Of a DNA stretch of 64,000 bases, positions 7,671-17,948 are shown one piece after another. The stretch is from the NCBI GenBank assembly GCA_049968235.1, contig JBMFRC010000005.1:1-64000 (forward strand), written 5' to 3'. The notes under the pieces were generated by a model, which was not told where the DNA came from, did not search any database, and saw only the letters and a list, made by a program, of their open reading frames with translations. Each line of letters opens with the position of its first letter. Within the stretch, counting starts at the first letter, position 1. The stretch is from Candidatus Hydrogenedens sp. (lineage in GTDB: Bacteria > Hydrogenedentota > Hydrogenedentia > Hydrogenedentales > Hydrogenedentaceae). The position numbers and the translations under genes were made by a program.

Positions 7671-9974
7671 ATGTATAAAAGTATAACTGATAAAAGATGT
7701 TTTGTGCATAAAATTTCTTTTTTACAACATTATTCCGGGTTATTTCTAATCGTCCTTTTTTTCTTTATTGGGTGCAATGGAACGGAAAATGCTGACCCGA
7801 ATGTTTCGATTCGGTTTTTTCATGCTACCTATCAATATCCCACCGGCGGTATCAGTCATTTCTTGACTTATGGCGATTTTAATCGCGATGGAGCACCTGA
7901 CATTGCAGTTACTAATTATAATACGGATAATGTGGCTGTTTTGTTACGCAATTCTGAAAAGGGGAATTTCCATTTGCATGTAGATTTTGCGGTAGGTAAA
8001 GGTCCGGGAATGATAAAAACAGAAGATATAGACGGAGATGGGTATGGGGATTTGGGTGTGGTAAATCAAAACGGTGATTCCATCTCCCTTCTTTATGGGA
8101 AAGAAGATGGGACTTTTGAAGATGCTCAAACAATTGCCCTAAAAGCGGGTGCAAAACCTTTGGCTCTGGTGTTTTTAGATATTAATAAGGATGGACTTGA
8201 GGATATTGTCGTAGCAGAATCAGGAATGGGGGAAATCAGTTATCTTATGAATGCAGGAAACAGGAATTGGGGTGAATTTCAATATATTCCATGTGGTAGT
8301 GGACCTCGCTGGCTTTTACCAGTTGACCTTGATAAAAATGGAGAAGTAGATTTGGTCGTTTCCAATCGCGATTCTAATAATATTTCTGTGTTATTAAGTC
8401 AGATTGACAATCCTTTTTCAGTAAAGGTAGATTATGCGGTTGGGACTTATCCTCGTTGTGTAGAAACGATGGATATTAATGGAGATACTTATCCGGATTT
8501 AATTGTTGCAAATGCAGGGAGCGGTAATTATTCTTTGTTAATAAATGATACACATGGAGGTTTCACATCTATAAATACTCTGCAATCACATGCACTTCCG
8601 ATGAAAATTTTGATTGAAGACCTGAATGAAGACGGTTATTTAGATATAGTTGGATTGTTATATGGGGAATTAACATTAAGCACAGGGGAAATTGCTAACG
8701 GACCTTTTGCGTCTGCAGAAATTTATTATGGTTCACAGGAAGGCAATTTTACATATCAAAAAATGATAAATCTAGGTGTAGGTGCTATTGATATAGAAAA
8801 AGTAGATTTAAACGCAGATACTAAAAAAGATTTAGTATTTACCCTTTCCGGATTGAATCATGTGGGTGTAATCTATGGAGATGGCAAAGCATTTAGTAGA
8901 GCGGAAACACGACCTCTATTTGATGGTGATATTGGAACACTGACTTTTGGTGATTATAACGAGGATTCTTCAAATGAAATTATTATCTGTTCTAATCGAA
9001 ATGCCTATTTTAGAGTTTTTCAGGTTGGCACAAACCTTTCCCTAACGGAGAAAGGAAAATGGGATGTCTCTGATGTTATTCAGTCTATTGTATCTGTTCC
9101 AATGGATAATAACAATAATTCCGTAGACCTTGTTTTTTGTGAAAAAGGAGTAATGGGTGTAACCGTTTATCTAAACAATGGACAAGGGGTTTTTCAAAAA
9201 AAAGGGACATATTCTATTAAAGAACCTACCTTCTCTCATACTCCATATCCATCATCAATTGCTGTAGGTGATGTTAATAATGATGGCAACAAAGATATTG
9301 TTACTGCGAATCCGGGAGCAGACACTATATCTGTTCTTTTAGGGGATGGAACAGGTGCTTTTGGTACTGCTAAAGAAACGATAGTGGGCAATTACCCTAT
9401 GGCTGTAAAATTAACAGATGTTAACCGTGATGGTAAATTGGATTTGTTATTTGTAAGCAGTAAAGACCCGGATGATGCAGATGACCAATCCCCCTCACGT
9501 TTTGTATGCTGGTTTGGTAATGGAGATGGAACATTTGACAAAACGACACAAAAGAGATATGCAACCAATGGGAACCCCCGGGGGCTACTGATGATAGATT
9601 TAGACCGGGATGGAGATTTAGAAGCAGTTACAATCCATCCTACTGGACAAACGGTTGTAATTTTTGGAGCAAAGCCAGACGGGACTTTTGTAAATACAGG
9701 CTCAATTAAGATAGGGAAAAATCCTAAATCCGTTTTTTCATGGGATATTGATAATAATGGATATCCTGATTTAATATCTATCAACGGGGATAGCACTATC
9801 TCGGTAGTATTGAACAATGGGAAATTAGAGTTTTCATCAGTATATTATTACTATGCGGGTCACAGCCCAATATCGGGGATACCGTTTGATATTGATAAAG
9901 ACGGCATTTATGATTTAATTCTTGCAAATAATGCTTCAAATGATTTATCCTTTGTTCTGGGAAGGAATCCATAA
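7671..9974 (+). CDS. FG-GAP/VCBS repeat-containing lipoprotein (predicted beta-propeller)
   Basis: Repeated FG...D.dGDG..D..v motifs (FNRDGAPDIAVTN, DIDGDGYGDLGVVN, INKDGLEDIVVA, DLDKNGEVDLVVSN, DINGDTYPDLIVAN ...). Lipobox FFFIGC. Length 767 aa. Confidence 0.7.
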   Translation: MYKSITDKRCFVHKISFLQHYSGLFLIVLFFFIGCNGTENADPNVSIRFFHATYQYPTGGISHFLTYGDFNRDGAPDIAVTNYNTDNVAVLLRNSEKGNFHLHVDFAVGKGPGMIKTEDIDGDGYGDLGVVNQNGDSISLLYGKEDGTFEDAQTIALKAGAKPLALVFLDINKDGLEDIVVAESGMGEISYLMNAGNRNWGEFQYIPCGSGPRWLLPVDLDKNGEVDLVVSNRDSNNISVLLSQIDNPFSVKVDYAVGTYPRCVETMDINGDTYPDLIVANAGSGNYSLLINDTHGGFTSINTLQSHALPMKILIEDLNEDGYLDIVGLLYGELTLSTGEIANGPFASAEIYYGSQEGNFTYQKMINLGVGAIDIEKVDLNADTKKDLVFTLSGLNHVGVIYGDGKAFSRAETRPLFDGDIGTLTFGDYNEDSSNEIIICSNRNAYFRVFQVGTNLSLTEKGKWDVSDVIQSIVSVPMDNNNNSVDLVFCEKGVMGVTVYLNNGQGVFQKKGTYSIKEPTFSHTPYPSSIAVGDVNNDGNKDIVTANPGADTISVLLGDGTGAFGTAKETIVGNYPMAVKLTDVNRDGKLDLLFVSSKDPDDADDQSPSRFVCWFGNGDGTFDKTTQKRYATNGNPRGLLMIDLDRDGDLEAVTIHPTGQTVVIFGAKPDGTFVNTGSIKIGKNPKSVFSWDIDNNGYPDLISINGDSTISVVLNNGKLEFSSVYYYYAGHSPISGIPFDIDKDGIYDLILANNASNDLSFVLGRNP

Positions 9975-10066
9975 AATCTCATAATCCTTTGAAACAAATT
10001 TGTTAAAGATAATGTCAGAATTAGGGATTTATTAATTTTAAACACTGTAATAAGGAGTTTTGTCTT

Positions 10067-11125
10067 ATGGATATGGTAAAGAAAACATTGAAATGGGTCG
10101 GTATCGTAATTCTTGCTTTAATTCTTGCTTTGCTTTTATTTAAATTCTATGCGGACCGCACCTATTTTAATAACTATGACCCCAAACTTCCCTTGAATGT
10201 TCGAGTAGAAGAAGTGAAGGAAATTAATGATGAGATAGAAGTTTTTAATATAAAGCGACCCAGACACTTCCAAAGTATTAAATTTTCATATGAAAGCAGA
10301 CCGGGGGAACGTGTCCCTGCTTTACTTTTGCTCCCTGCAGAGATAAAAGGGAAAGTTCCCTGTGTTATTTTTCTTCATGGGATTGGACAAAGTAAAGGTT
10401 TTATTCATGAAATAGGAGGACCTTTCACAGAAAAGGGATTTGCAATGGCAAGTTTTGACCAGAGTATGCAGGGGGAACGAAAAGTTCAGGGTGGATGGTT
10501 AAAACAGGCAATTGCATTTCGTCAGCGTCCATGGAAAACAATTAATGACGCAAGAAGACTTGTTGATTATTTGCAAACGCATCCGGATATTGACCCTAAT
10601 CGTCTTTATATGGTGGGTGCAAGTTATGGGGCTATTACGGGTTGCACATTTACTGCGTTCGATAAGCGGATAAAGGCTTCTATTCTCGTTGTAGGTGGCG
10701 GTAATATTAAAAGAATGTTGGATGCTCCAGCAATAAAAAATAATGCCCCTAAATGGCTCCATGCAATAGGAAAACCTATCGTTTCCTTCATCATGAATGT
10801 AGCAGACCCAATTCACTATGCCAAAAATACTTCACCCACACCGGTACTATTTCTAAATGGCGACCAGGATACACTGGTTACACCTGAAGCAGGAAAATTT
10901 TTGTTTGAGTCTGCAGGAGAACCTAAAGAAATACGCTGGTATCCTATTGACCACCCCGGTTTACGTGAAAGCGATGGAATTAAGGTAATTCAAATGTTAG
11001 ATGATGGACTTGCCTGGTTGGTTGAACAGGATAACAAGATTAAACAGAACAAAGTAGGATGGTACCGGGGCTGGGAGTCGAACCCAGGACATCTGGAACC
11101 ACAATCCAGTGCTCTAACCAACTGA
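10067..11125 (+). CDS. alpha/beta hydrolase (dienelactone hydrolase / S9-like), N-terminally membrane-anchored
   Basis: Nucleophile elbow GASYG. N-terminal TM IVILALILALLLF. The last ~22 codons run antisense through the tRNA-His gene. Confidence 0.6.
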   Translation: MDMVKKTLKWVGIVILALILALLLFKFYADRTYFNNYDPKLPLNVRVEEVKEINDEIEVFNIKRPRHFQSIKFSYESRPGERVPALLLLPAEIKGKVPCVIFLHGIGQSKGFIHEIGGPFTEKGFAMASFDQSMQGERKVQGGWLKQAIAFRQRPWKTINDARRLVDYLQTHPDIDPNRLYMVGASYGAITGCTFTAFDKRIKASILVVGGGNIKRMLDAPAIKNNAPKWLHAIGKPIVSFIMNVADPIHYAKNTSPTPVLFLNGDQDTLVTPEAGKFLFESAGEPKEIRWYPIDHPGLRESDGIKVIQMLDDGLAWLVEQDNKIKQNKVGWYRGWESNPGHLEPQSSALTN

Positions 11126-11138
11126 GCTACCCCGGCAC
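11060..11138 (-). tRNA. tRNA-His (anticodon GTG)
   Basis: The reverse complement reads GGTGCCGGGGTAGCTCAGTTGGTTAGAGCACTGGATTGTGGTTCCAGATGTCCTGGGTTCGACTCCCAGCCCCGGTACCA. This gives a D-arm GCTC/GAGC and an anticodon stem CTGGA/TCCAG with loop TTGTGGT. The T-arm is CTGGG-TTCGACT-CCCAG and a CCA-like 3' end appears to be encoded. The sequence is similar to E. coli tRNA-His. Confidence 0.75.
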
Positions 11139-11559
11139 CTAAGATTATTGTACAAAAAAACTACTAAAAAACGCAAGGTGTGGGATTCTTGTAAAAAAAC
11201 TTATAATGCCCATTACAATCAGGATAATGTAGGGGCGAAATATCTTTTACCCTTTCGTATAACTGCAATTATTCGTCATGTATATCCAGACATGAGTATT
11301 GGGTAATTAAAATGTTTGGATTCATTTCCAATTGTTTTTCAAATTCATACGGGGCGGATACATGTATATCTATGTATTTATTGGGACGAATGCTTATTCG
11401 TCTCTACATAGGCAAAAAATATTTTAAGAATAAACAAAAATCAATAGGTTACGTCATTAGGGGAAATAACTGTTCCCTTGTGTTTTCTTTGTTATTGAAT
11501 ATTGAATTATAATTAAGACATAATACAAGCATATTTTTAAGTAAGAAGGGCATATAATA

Positions 11560-11853
11560 ATGTTTGTCGTTTTTGTGTATGTGCATGTTAAACCTGAATT
11601 CATAGAAGCATTTCGTGTTGAATCGGAACATAATGCCCGAGAAAGCCGAAAAGAAACCAGTGTGGTTCGTTTTGATATACTTCAACAGGTGGATGACCCA
11701 ACACGATTTGTTTTGTATGAAGTATATAAAGATGAAGATGGAGCAAAAGCACATAAAGAGACCAAACACTATGCACAATGGCGAGACGCAGTTGCCTTAA
11801 TGATGGCAGAACCGAGATATAGTGTAAAATATAATTTCTGTTTAGAGATATAA
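11560..11853 (+). CDS. antibiotic-biosynthesis-monooxygenase (ABM) domain protein, YgiN/LsrG-like
   Basis: About 97 aa. VHVKPEFIEAFR...RFDILQ...FVLYEVYKDEDGAKAHKETKHY is typical of the ABM/quinol monooxygenase fold. Confidence 0.55.
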   Translation: MFVVFVYVHVKPEFIEAFRVESEHNARESRKETSVVRFDILQQVDDPTRFVLYEVYKDEDGAKAHKETKHYAQWRDAVALMMAEPRYSVKYNFCLEI

Positions 11854-11886
11854 AGAAAAAATTTTACCTTTGGAGGAATCTAAAAG

Positions 11887-12387
11887 ATGATAAAAAAATA
11901 TAAATTAACAAACGCTGTTTTTATAATTTTACTGTCCATTATTTTCTTCTCAGGTTGCGCTCGAACGTTAAAAGATACCTCTGGCTTTGCAGAAGAAAAA
12001 GTCATTACTGTTAAGGCTCCCTTTGATAAGACATGGCAAGCAACTAAAGAAGCCTTGCGAGAGTTAAAATTGGAAATCTACACGCGGGACAAACGAGGTG
12101 TATTTGTCGCTTATGACCAACCTAAGAGAGAATGGATGCAATTGAAGCGAGTTAAATATGAGATTCAGTTAGGTTCTGTAAATTCTGAGGAGACACGCAT
12201 TTTTGTCTCTGCCATAAAACAAATTTATGGTGTCACTTTACTTACTAATCCTGATTGGCACGACCGTAAAATAACAGGGAAAACAAAAACAGATGAGATT
12301 ATAAATAAGATTATGGAAAAATCTGGTGATAAATCAGAAAGTTCTCCGACGGAGGTCAAGGTCCAGGAGTCAACACCCTCAAACTAA
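11887..12387 (+). CDS. lipoprotein, function unknown
   Basis: Signal peptide and lipobox FFSGC. RBS GGAGGAA upstream. Confidence 0.5.
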   Translation: MIKKYKLTNAVFIILLSIIFFSGCARTLKDTSGFAEEKVITVKAPFDKTWQATKEALRELKLEIYTRDKRGVFVAYDQPKREWMQLKRVKYEIQLGSVNSEETRIFVSAIKQIYGVTLLTNPDWHDRKITGKTKTDEIINKIMEKSGDKSESSPTEVKVQESTPSN

Positions 12388-12525
12388 TTTCTTTAAGTAT
12401 ATTACTATCTTTTTTTGTACTCATCTATTGATGTAATTCCCATTGACGCAAACTTTTATTTTTTTAGTTCCTTCGAATGTAATACCTCTCTACCTTTTTT
12501 TCTCTTTTATGGAATGTTCCGGTTG

Positions 12526-13641
12526 CTATTTGTTCGAGAAGGAGAAGACGAGTTTGATAATTTCCTCTGCAATGGTTTCAGAGGCAAGGGGTCGAGCTAA
12601 TTTTTTTGCAGAATTGGACATGTTTGCCAGTAAAGCGGTGTCGTTTATAATTTTACGGATACGGGGAAGTAATGTATCAGCGGAACAATCTTTATCAAGT
12701 AAAACTTCTGATGCTCCAATATTTTCGAGGGAACGGGCATTGTATTCCTGATGATTATCCGTAGCAAAGGGAAATGGTATCAGGATAGATGGTTTCCCTA
12801 ACACAGTAATTTCTGCTAATGTGGAAGCACCAGAACGAGCCACCAGTAAATCTGAAGCGGACATCAGGTCAGCCATATCTTCGTAAAATGGGTAAATTTT
12901 CAACGGAACTTTGGATTGTGATGTAAGGTTTTTATATTTATCATAATCATTATGTCCGGTTATCCAGAGCATCTGGAATTCATCGGGTTCTACTTTGTTT
13001 AACATATCAGAAACAGCAAGATTGATTGTATGTGCTCCCTGACTTCCTCCCACCACGAGGATAGTCTTATGTTCGGGATTTAATCCTAATTTAGCACAGA
13101 CCTGTTCTCTGGAAAGTGGGGACAGAAAGGCATGTCTTACAGGATTCCCTGTAATTACAAATTTGTCGGCAGGATAAACTTCTTCGGGTAGGTTTTCAGC
13201 CAGTGGAAAACTTAAAAATACTTTTTGTGCTTTTTTTGCGAGGATACGATTTGCCATGCCCAAAAGTGAATTTTGTTCATGTAGAACAGTAGGTATGTTT
13301 AGCATTTGAGCGGACCATAGAATCGGGAAGGAAACATACCCACCGACACCAATTACAATTTGAGGTTGAAATCGAAGTAATATCTGGAAGGAACGAATTA
13401 TGGATAGGGCTAATAAGGAAGCGGTTATTCCTTGCGAAATGATATGTTTTCTCGACCAGCCACGAATAGGAACACTTCGAAAAGGAATTCCTCTTTGCTG
13501 ACATATCTTCTCTTCCAGATTGCCTTTTTTCCCTACCCATTGCACCAGTAAGAGATGGTCACGCCGTTGCAATTCTTCCAGTATAGAAAGGGCAGGGAAG
13601 ATATGCCCACCGGTCCCACCACCTGTAATGATAACTTTCAT
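12526..13641 (-). CDS. murG: undecaprenyldiphospho-muramoylpentapeptide beta-N-acetylglucosaminyltransferase MurG
   Basis: N-terminal ITGGGTGGHIFPALS G-loop. Length 371 aa. The C-terminal GT-B half carries a UDP-GlcNAc binding signature. Confidence 0.85.
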   Translation of the reverse strand: MKVIITGGGTGGHIFPALSILEELQRRDHLLLVQWVGKKGNLEEKICQQRGIPFRSVPIRGWSRKHIISQGITASLLALSIIRSFQILLRFQPQIVIGVGGYVSFPILWSAQMLNIPTVLHEQNSLLGMANRILAKKAQKVFLSFPLAENLPEEVYPADKFVITGNPVRHAFLSPLSREQVCAKLGLNPEHKTILVVGGSQGAHTINLAVSDMLNKVEPDEFQMLWITGHNDYDKYKNLTSQSKVPLKIYPFYEDMADLMSASDLLVARSGASTLAEITVLGKPSILIPFPFATDNHQEYNARSLENIGASEVLLDKDCSADTLLPRIRKIINDTALLANMSNSAKKLARPLASETIAEEIIKLVFSFSNK

Positions 13642-13704
13642 ATAAGACCTCTAAATCATACAAGTTTATAGAATTATTTTCATCCGTTCTATAATATGTT
13701 ATAT

Positions 13705-15273
13705 CTATTTTTCTGTTTTTTGTTCCTGTGGGAAGGCATTCGGGTCTAATTGTTTCAGGACACTGCGGTAACCTTCCATATCTTCAAGACGCAGGAGCAT
13801 AATATTTACAATCCCGAAGCCATATGTTTTAGGAGCCATCGTTCGGGTATATTTTGGAGTTTGTTCTATACCTTCAAATCGGAGGGTATGTATTCCTTCG
13901 GAAAGTTCATGAATGTCTAAATAAACGGGAGCAATATCGAAGCCCGGAGCGGAGAAATCAATAGGCACTCCGAAAGGTTTACCATCCATGTAAGGTTGAA
14001 ATACACCGCTTAACAAAGAGAATATCATGTAGGAATCTATACGATAAGTCCCTTTTTGTTGAATCTCAAGGTCAAATTCAATACTTGCTTTGGGAGTCAG
14101 CGGTATATAATAAAGATAATATTCGGTCGGAACGGTTAGAATAGCAGGGTCAGCACGATAAACGAGGCTATCAAATTTCTGTGCTTTATATGGAGGGACT
14201 CGTTTATCTGCTGGAGGCAAAGGTTCATCCCATGTGGTAGGGGTTGTTTGATACCAGAAGGCTACGGAACTAACCCAATCCTGTCGTTCCTTGAAACCTG
14301 CAAGGTCCATTTTTGTTACAGGTGCTTTCTCATTCATGATACTGCCTTTATGTTCAATGACGACCTTCAAACTTTTTTCAAAATGTATAGGGTCAGGGAT
14401 ATGCCAGCGATATACACTTACACGGTCTCCAGCAAATACTCCTTCATACATGGGGACGCCATAGTAAGGAGCATAAAACTCACGGAAGCCCCATGCATCG
14501 TTAAAATAATCTTCTGTTCCTGTGCCTTTTAATTGGGGCATCTCTGCTCCGTCAATATAGAAGAAGTCATCCCCTTCTCCAAACCAGCCTGTTTCCATCT
14601 GTAAAGTAGAATAAACAGTCCCTACATAATATCCCTTCCCCTGTGTTTCAAGGAGGGTATAATTTCCGGGCTTTGCCGGATATTCCTGACGATAACGAGC
14701 ATGAAAATAAGGCGTATCCGGAGTCCATTCGTTAAGTTTTTTCCAGTCAATATAATAGTAAAAAGAACCTACCCGTATATCCGATTCATTTGTTACTGTT
14801 ACCTTGATGTGTTTCTGGAAAGGCATAGGCCAGAAACATGCACGAGCACGACCTCTGGATGTATTAACAACAACCTGGGATATAAATTCCTTATGTCCCG
14901 CCAGACCCAATCCGAAGAAATCACCAATAGGTGCTTCCACACTGGGTTTTTCCAGACCATCATAGTAAATTCTTAAAACGATACTGCGGGGATAAAATAA
15001 GTTTTCAGTAGCAATGGTGTTCCAGAAATGGGTAATCATTCCGGGACCCTCTTCATCCATCAGGACTAAAGTCTGATTCGGCTCAATAGCACGGGCATCT
15101 CCATTCTTCTCTATATCCTCAGCGGAGCTACTATTTCGCATACTTTGTCCAGCAAGTGGTTTCAGGAGAGATTCAAACGAAGTGTCTCCAAAGGTATTAT
15201 CCCCTACAAAAAGAATGGCTATAACGAGAGGGAATAATAGTGATAAAAAACAAACATCTTTACTGAGTTTCAT
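13705..15273 (-). CDS. hypothetical secreted protein (possibly a DUF2961/GH172-like jelly-roll; low confidence)
   Basis: Signal peptide. Aromatic-rich 522 aa. No catalytic motif I can assign with confidence. Confidence 0.45.
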   Translation of the reverse strand: MKLSKDVCFLSLLFPLVIAILFVGDNTFGDTSFESLLKPLAGQSMRNSSSAEDIEKNGDARAIEPNQTLVLMDEEGPGMITHFWNTIATENLFYPRSIVLRIYYDGLEKPSVEAPIGDFFGLGLAGHKEFISQVVVNTSRGRARACFWPMPFQKHIKVTVTNESDIRVGSFYYYIDWKKLNEWTPDTPYFHARYRQEYPAKPGNYTLLETQGKGYYVGTVYSTLQMETGWFGEGDDFFYIDGAEMPQLKGTGTEDYFNDAWGFREFYAPYYGVPMYEGVFAGDRVSVYRWHIPDPIHFEKSLKVVIEHKGSIMNEKAPVTKMDLAGFKERQDWVSSVAFWYQTTPTTWDEPLPPADKRVPPYKAQKFDSLVYRADPAILTVPTEYYLYYIPLTPKASIEFDLEIQQKGTYRIDSYMIFSLLSGVFQPYMDGKPFGVPIDFSAPGFDIAPVYLDIHELSEGIHTLRFEGIEQTPKYTRTMAPKTYGFGIVNIMLLRLEDMEGYRSVLKQLDPNAFPQEQKTEK

Positions 15274-15313
15274 AATCTACCCTTTATCGTTAAATTATAT
15301 TTCATTTATCTTT

Positions 15314-17131
15314 TTATTTTAGCAAAAGTTCCTTGAGTTGGGATACTCTTTCATTCAGATGATTCATAGCGGTCTGTATAGGTTCAGGAGTGGATAAATC
15401 AACGCCAGTAGATTTAAGTTGTTCCAGCGGATATTTTGACCCACCCATACTCAAAAATTCTAAATAATTTTTCTTCGCTTGTTTGTCGCCTTCAATTAAT
15501 TTCTTTGCAATCGCAATAGCAGAAGATATTCCTGTGGCGTATTTATAAACATAAAAAGCATGATAAAAATGTGGTATACGAAGGCATTCTAATTCCAGTT
15601 GTGGGTCGATAGTTAAGGCTCCACCGAAATAAATATTAAGCAGGTTCCGATACTCGTTGCGGAAGACATCCAGAGTCAAGGGTTGCCCCTGTTCTGCAAG
15701 AGTATGGATTCGCAATTCAAATTCTGCAAACATGGTTTGACGAATTAATGTTGTGCGAATCTCATCAATTTCACGGCATATCAAACGGATACGGTCTTCT
15801 TTTGAAGGTAAGTTCCGGAGATAATAATGAACGAGGAGTTGTTCGTTGACTGTGGATGCCACTTCTGCCACAAAAATGGTGTAGTGGCTATAATGGAATG
15901 GCTGTTTTTTATCACTGAGATAACTATGCATGGAATGCCCCGCTTCATGAGCCAGGGTAAACACAGAATCTTCTAACTCCTCTTTATAATTCATCAGGAT
16001 ATAGGGTGGACAACGGTAACAGCCCCAGGAAAATGCACCACTTCGTTTCCCTTTATTTTCATATCGGTCCACCCAACGCTTTTTTATTAGACCTTCTTCC
16101 AGTGTCTGGGTATATTCTTTACCTAAGGGTGCTAATGCGGATGTGATGTCCTTAACCGCTTCTTCGTATTTTCGTTTTCTCTGTTTCATATCAATAAGAG
16201 GAACAAACAGGTCATAGGCATGAATATCTTTTATTTTCAACACTTGTTTCCTCAGTTGGAGATATTCAACCAGCGGTGTAATGTTCTCTTTTACTGTATT
16301 TAGTAGGTTATGATATACGGATGCCGGAATATTTTCCTCAAAAAGAGCATTTTCCAGAACTGAATTGTATTTTCTTGCACGAGAACGGAATACATCTTCT
16401 AAGATAGATGCGGATAAAGAAGCGGAAATTGTGTTTGCATGTTCTTCATAGGCTTTGTAGTATTGGAAAAATGCCTTTTTACGGAGGGTCCTATTTTTAT
16501 TTTCCATAAAGACACGAAAATTTCCATGAGTTAATTCGAGTTTATTGCCTTTATCATCGGTAATTGAACCGAATTTCAAATCCGCATCATTCAATTGCTC
16601 AAATATTTTTCCTGCTCCTCCTGCACTTTCCGTATGTAAGGCAAGTAGATATTCCTCTTTCTCTGAAAGGATATGGGGCTTAAATCTTCTCAGATTTTCT
16701 AGTGAGAATCGGTATTTTTCCAATTCTTTGCTTGATAGAAATTTCTGAAACTTTTTATCAGGTATGGATTGAATTTCAGGAGCAATAAAACTAACCGCTT
16801 GAGCCAATAGCATACTTAAATATTGAACCTTTCCAGCAAGGGCTAAATATGTTGTGTTAGATATGTCCTCACATGCTTTCAGGTTTGCATATACACTTAA
16901 TCTTTCGAGTATCTGTCCTGCGTTACTTTCGAGTTCAAGGCACGAGTAGAGTATCTTTGGTGAATGTGCAAGTTTCTTACGGAATTGTGAAAATTTAGGT
17001 ATTTCCTTTTCAAGGTTTTGATATGCCTTTTCCCATGCTTTATCATCCGGGAATACGGGAGATAAATTCCAGGTAAACTCTACGGGAACATCCGAACGAG
17101 GAGGAAGTTTTTTTATTTTTGAAGTGGACAT
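15314..17131 (-). CDS. pepF: oligoendopeptidase F-like M3B metallopeptidase
   Basis: HEAGHSMHS zinc-binding HExxH with the downstream Glu region. Length 605 aa, typical of PepF. Confidence 0.75.
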   Translation of the reverse strand: MSTSKIKKLPPRSDVPVEFTWNLSPVFPDDKAWEKAYQNLEKEIPKFSQFRKKLAHSPKILYSCLELESNAGQILERLSVYANLKACEDISNTTYLALAGKVQYLSMLLAQAVSFIAPEIQSIPDKKFQKFLSSKELEKYRFSLENLRRFKPHILSEKEEYLLALHTESAGGAGKIFEQLNDADLKFGSITDDKGNKLELTHGNFRVFMENKNRTLRKKAFFQYYKAYEEHANTISASLSASILEDVFRSRARKYNSVLENALFEENIPASVYHNLLNTVKENITPLVEYLQLRKQVLKIKDIHAYDLFVPLIDMKQRKRKYEEAVKDITSALAPLGKEYTQTLEEGLIKKRWVDRYENKGKRSGAFSWGCYRCPPYILMNYKEELEDSVFTLAHEAGHSMHSYLSDKKQPFHYSHYTIFVAEVASTVNEQLLVHYYLRNLPSKEDRIRLICREIDEIRTTLIRQTMFAEFELRIHTLAEQGQPLTLDVFRNEYRNLLNIYFGGALTIDPQLELECLRIPHFYHAFYVYKYATGISSAIAIAKKLIEGDKQAKKNYLEFLSMGGSKYPLEQLKSTGVDLSTPEPIQTAMNHLNERVSQLKELLLK

Positions 17132-17417
17132 AAAATTTCTCCTTTGAAATCAAATCTTATTGGAGTTAAGAGAAGAAACCAATGATTATATATGATAGGG
17201 AATAAGAAGAATAAAAAACAAAAGAGGTGATTCTTGGGCAGGCATTTTAGTAATGGGATTTATGGAACCGATGAAAGTAATGGGCAGAGAGGACAAAAAT
17301 AAACTTTATAAAAGGATTTATAATAGATTGCTTTATTATTAAAAACAGTTATGTGCATGTTATACTTAATACATAAAAAGTTGTTACTCAAACAATTATC
17401 AGGAAAAGGATATTGTT

Positions 17418-17939
17418 ATGAAATATGCATGTGGATTTGTTTTGATAACTTTACTTGTTTTATCTTCCTGTCAGTCAGGACCTGAAGGGGGAGTTGTAAA
17501 TAAGGTTCTTTCCGATTTTGGGTTACGTGAAAAGCCGGAAGGATATGTCAGCGAAACGGATAAGGTATTCCAGCGTCTGGGTGAGATTGGTGCTACAGAA
17601 TTGCAACGACTAAACCTTGAAAATCGTCATGGTGAAATTAAATTTGAACAAAAAGGAGCAAGGGGCGAATACTACAAAGAGGTAAAAGTATATTCACAGT
17701 ATTATCCAATAGATGCAAAGTCGATTAGTCATTCTGGTGAAAGTGGGCAATCCTATACCGCTACCATTGAATATGCATATAGCATTTATCGTAGTGCATC
17801 AAAACCGACACGTGCTGAGGCACAGGAATCCACAGCGGATATACCTGCTGGAATAGAAGGACGGGAGACTTATCGGTATTCTTTGGGTCCGGGAGGAGTG
17901 TGGAATGGAGAAAAGGGGCAGAAAGTTAAGAGTAATTGA
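17418..17939 (+). CDS. lipoprotein, function unknown
   Basis: Lipobox LVLSSC. Length 173 aa. Confidence 0.5.
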   Translation: MKYACGFVLITLLVLSSCQSGPEGGVVNKVLSDFGLREKPEGYVSETDKVFQRLGEIGATELQRLNLENRHGEIKFEQKGARGEYYKEVKVYSQYYPIDAKSISHSGESGQSYTATIEYAYSIYRSASKPTRAEAQESTADIPAGIEGRETYRYSLGPGGVWNGEKGQKVKSN

Positions 17940-17948
17940 AAATATACC

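Noticed and set aside
11126-11559. Possible genomic-island integration at the tRNA-His gene (small ORFs 11312..11512 etc. nearby)
   Set aside because: The AT-rich segment lies 5' of the tRNA, so it is the tRNA's promoter side and not the 3' integration side. No integrase or direct repeat of the tRNA 3' end is visible, and the small ORFs have no coding signal.
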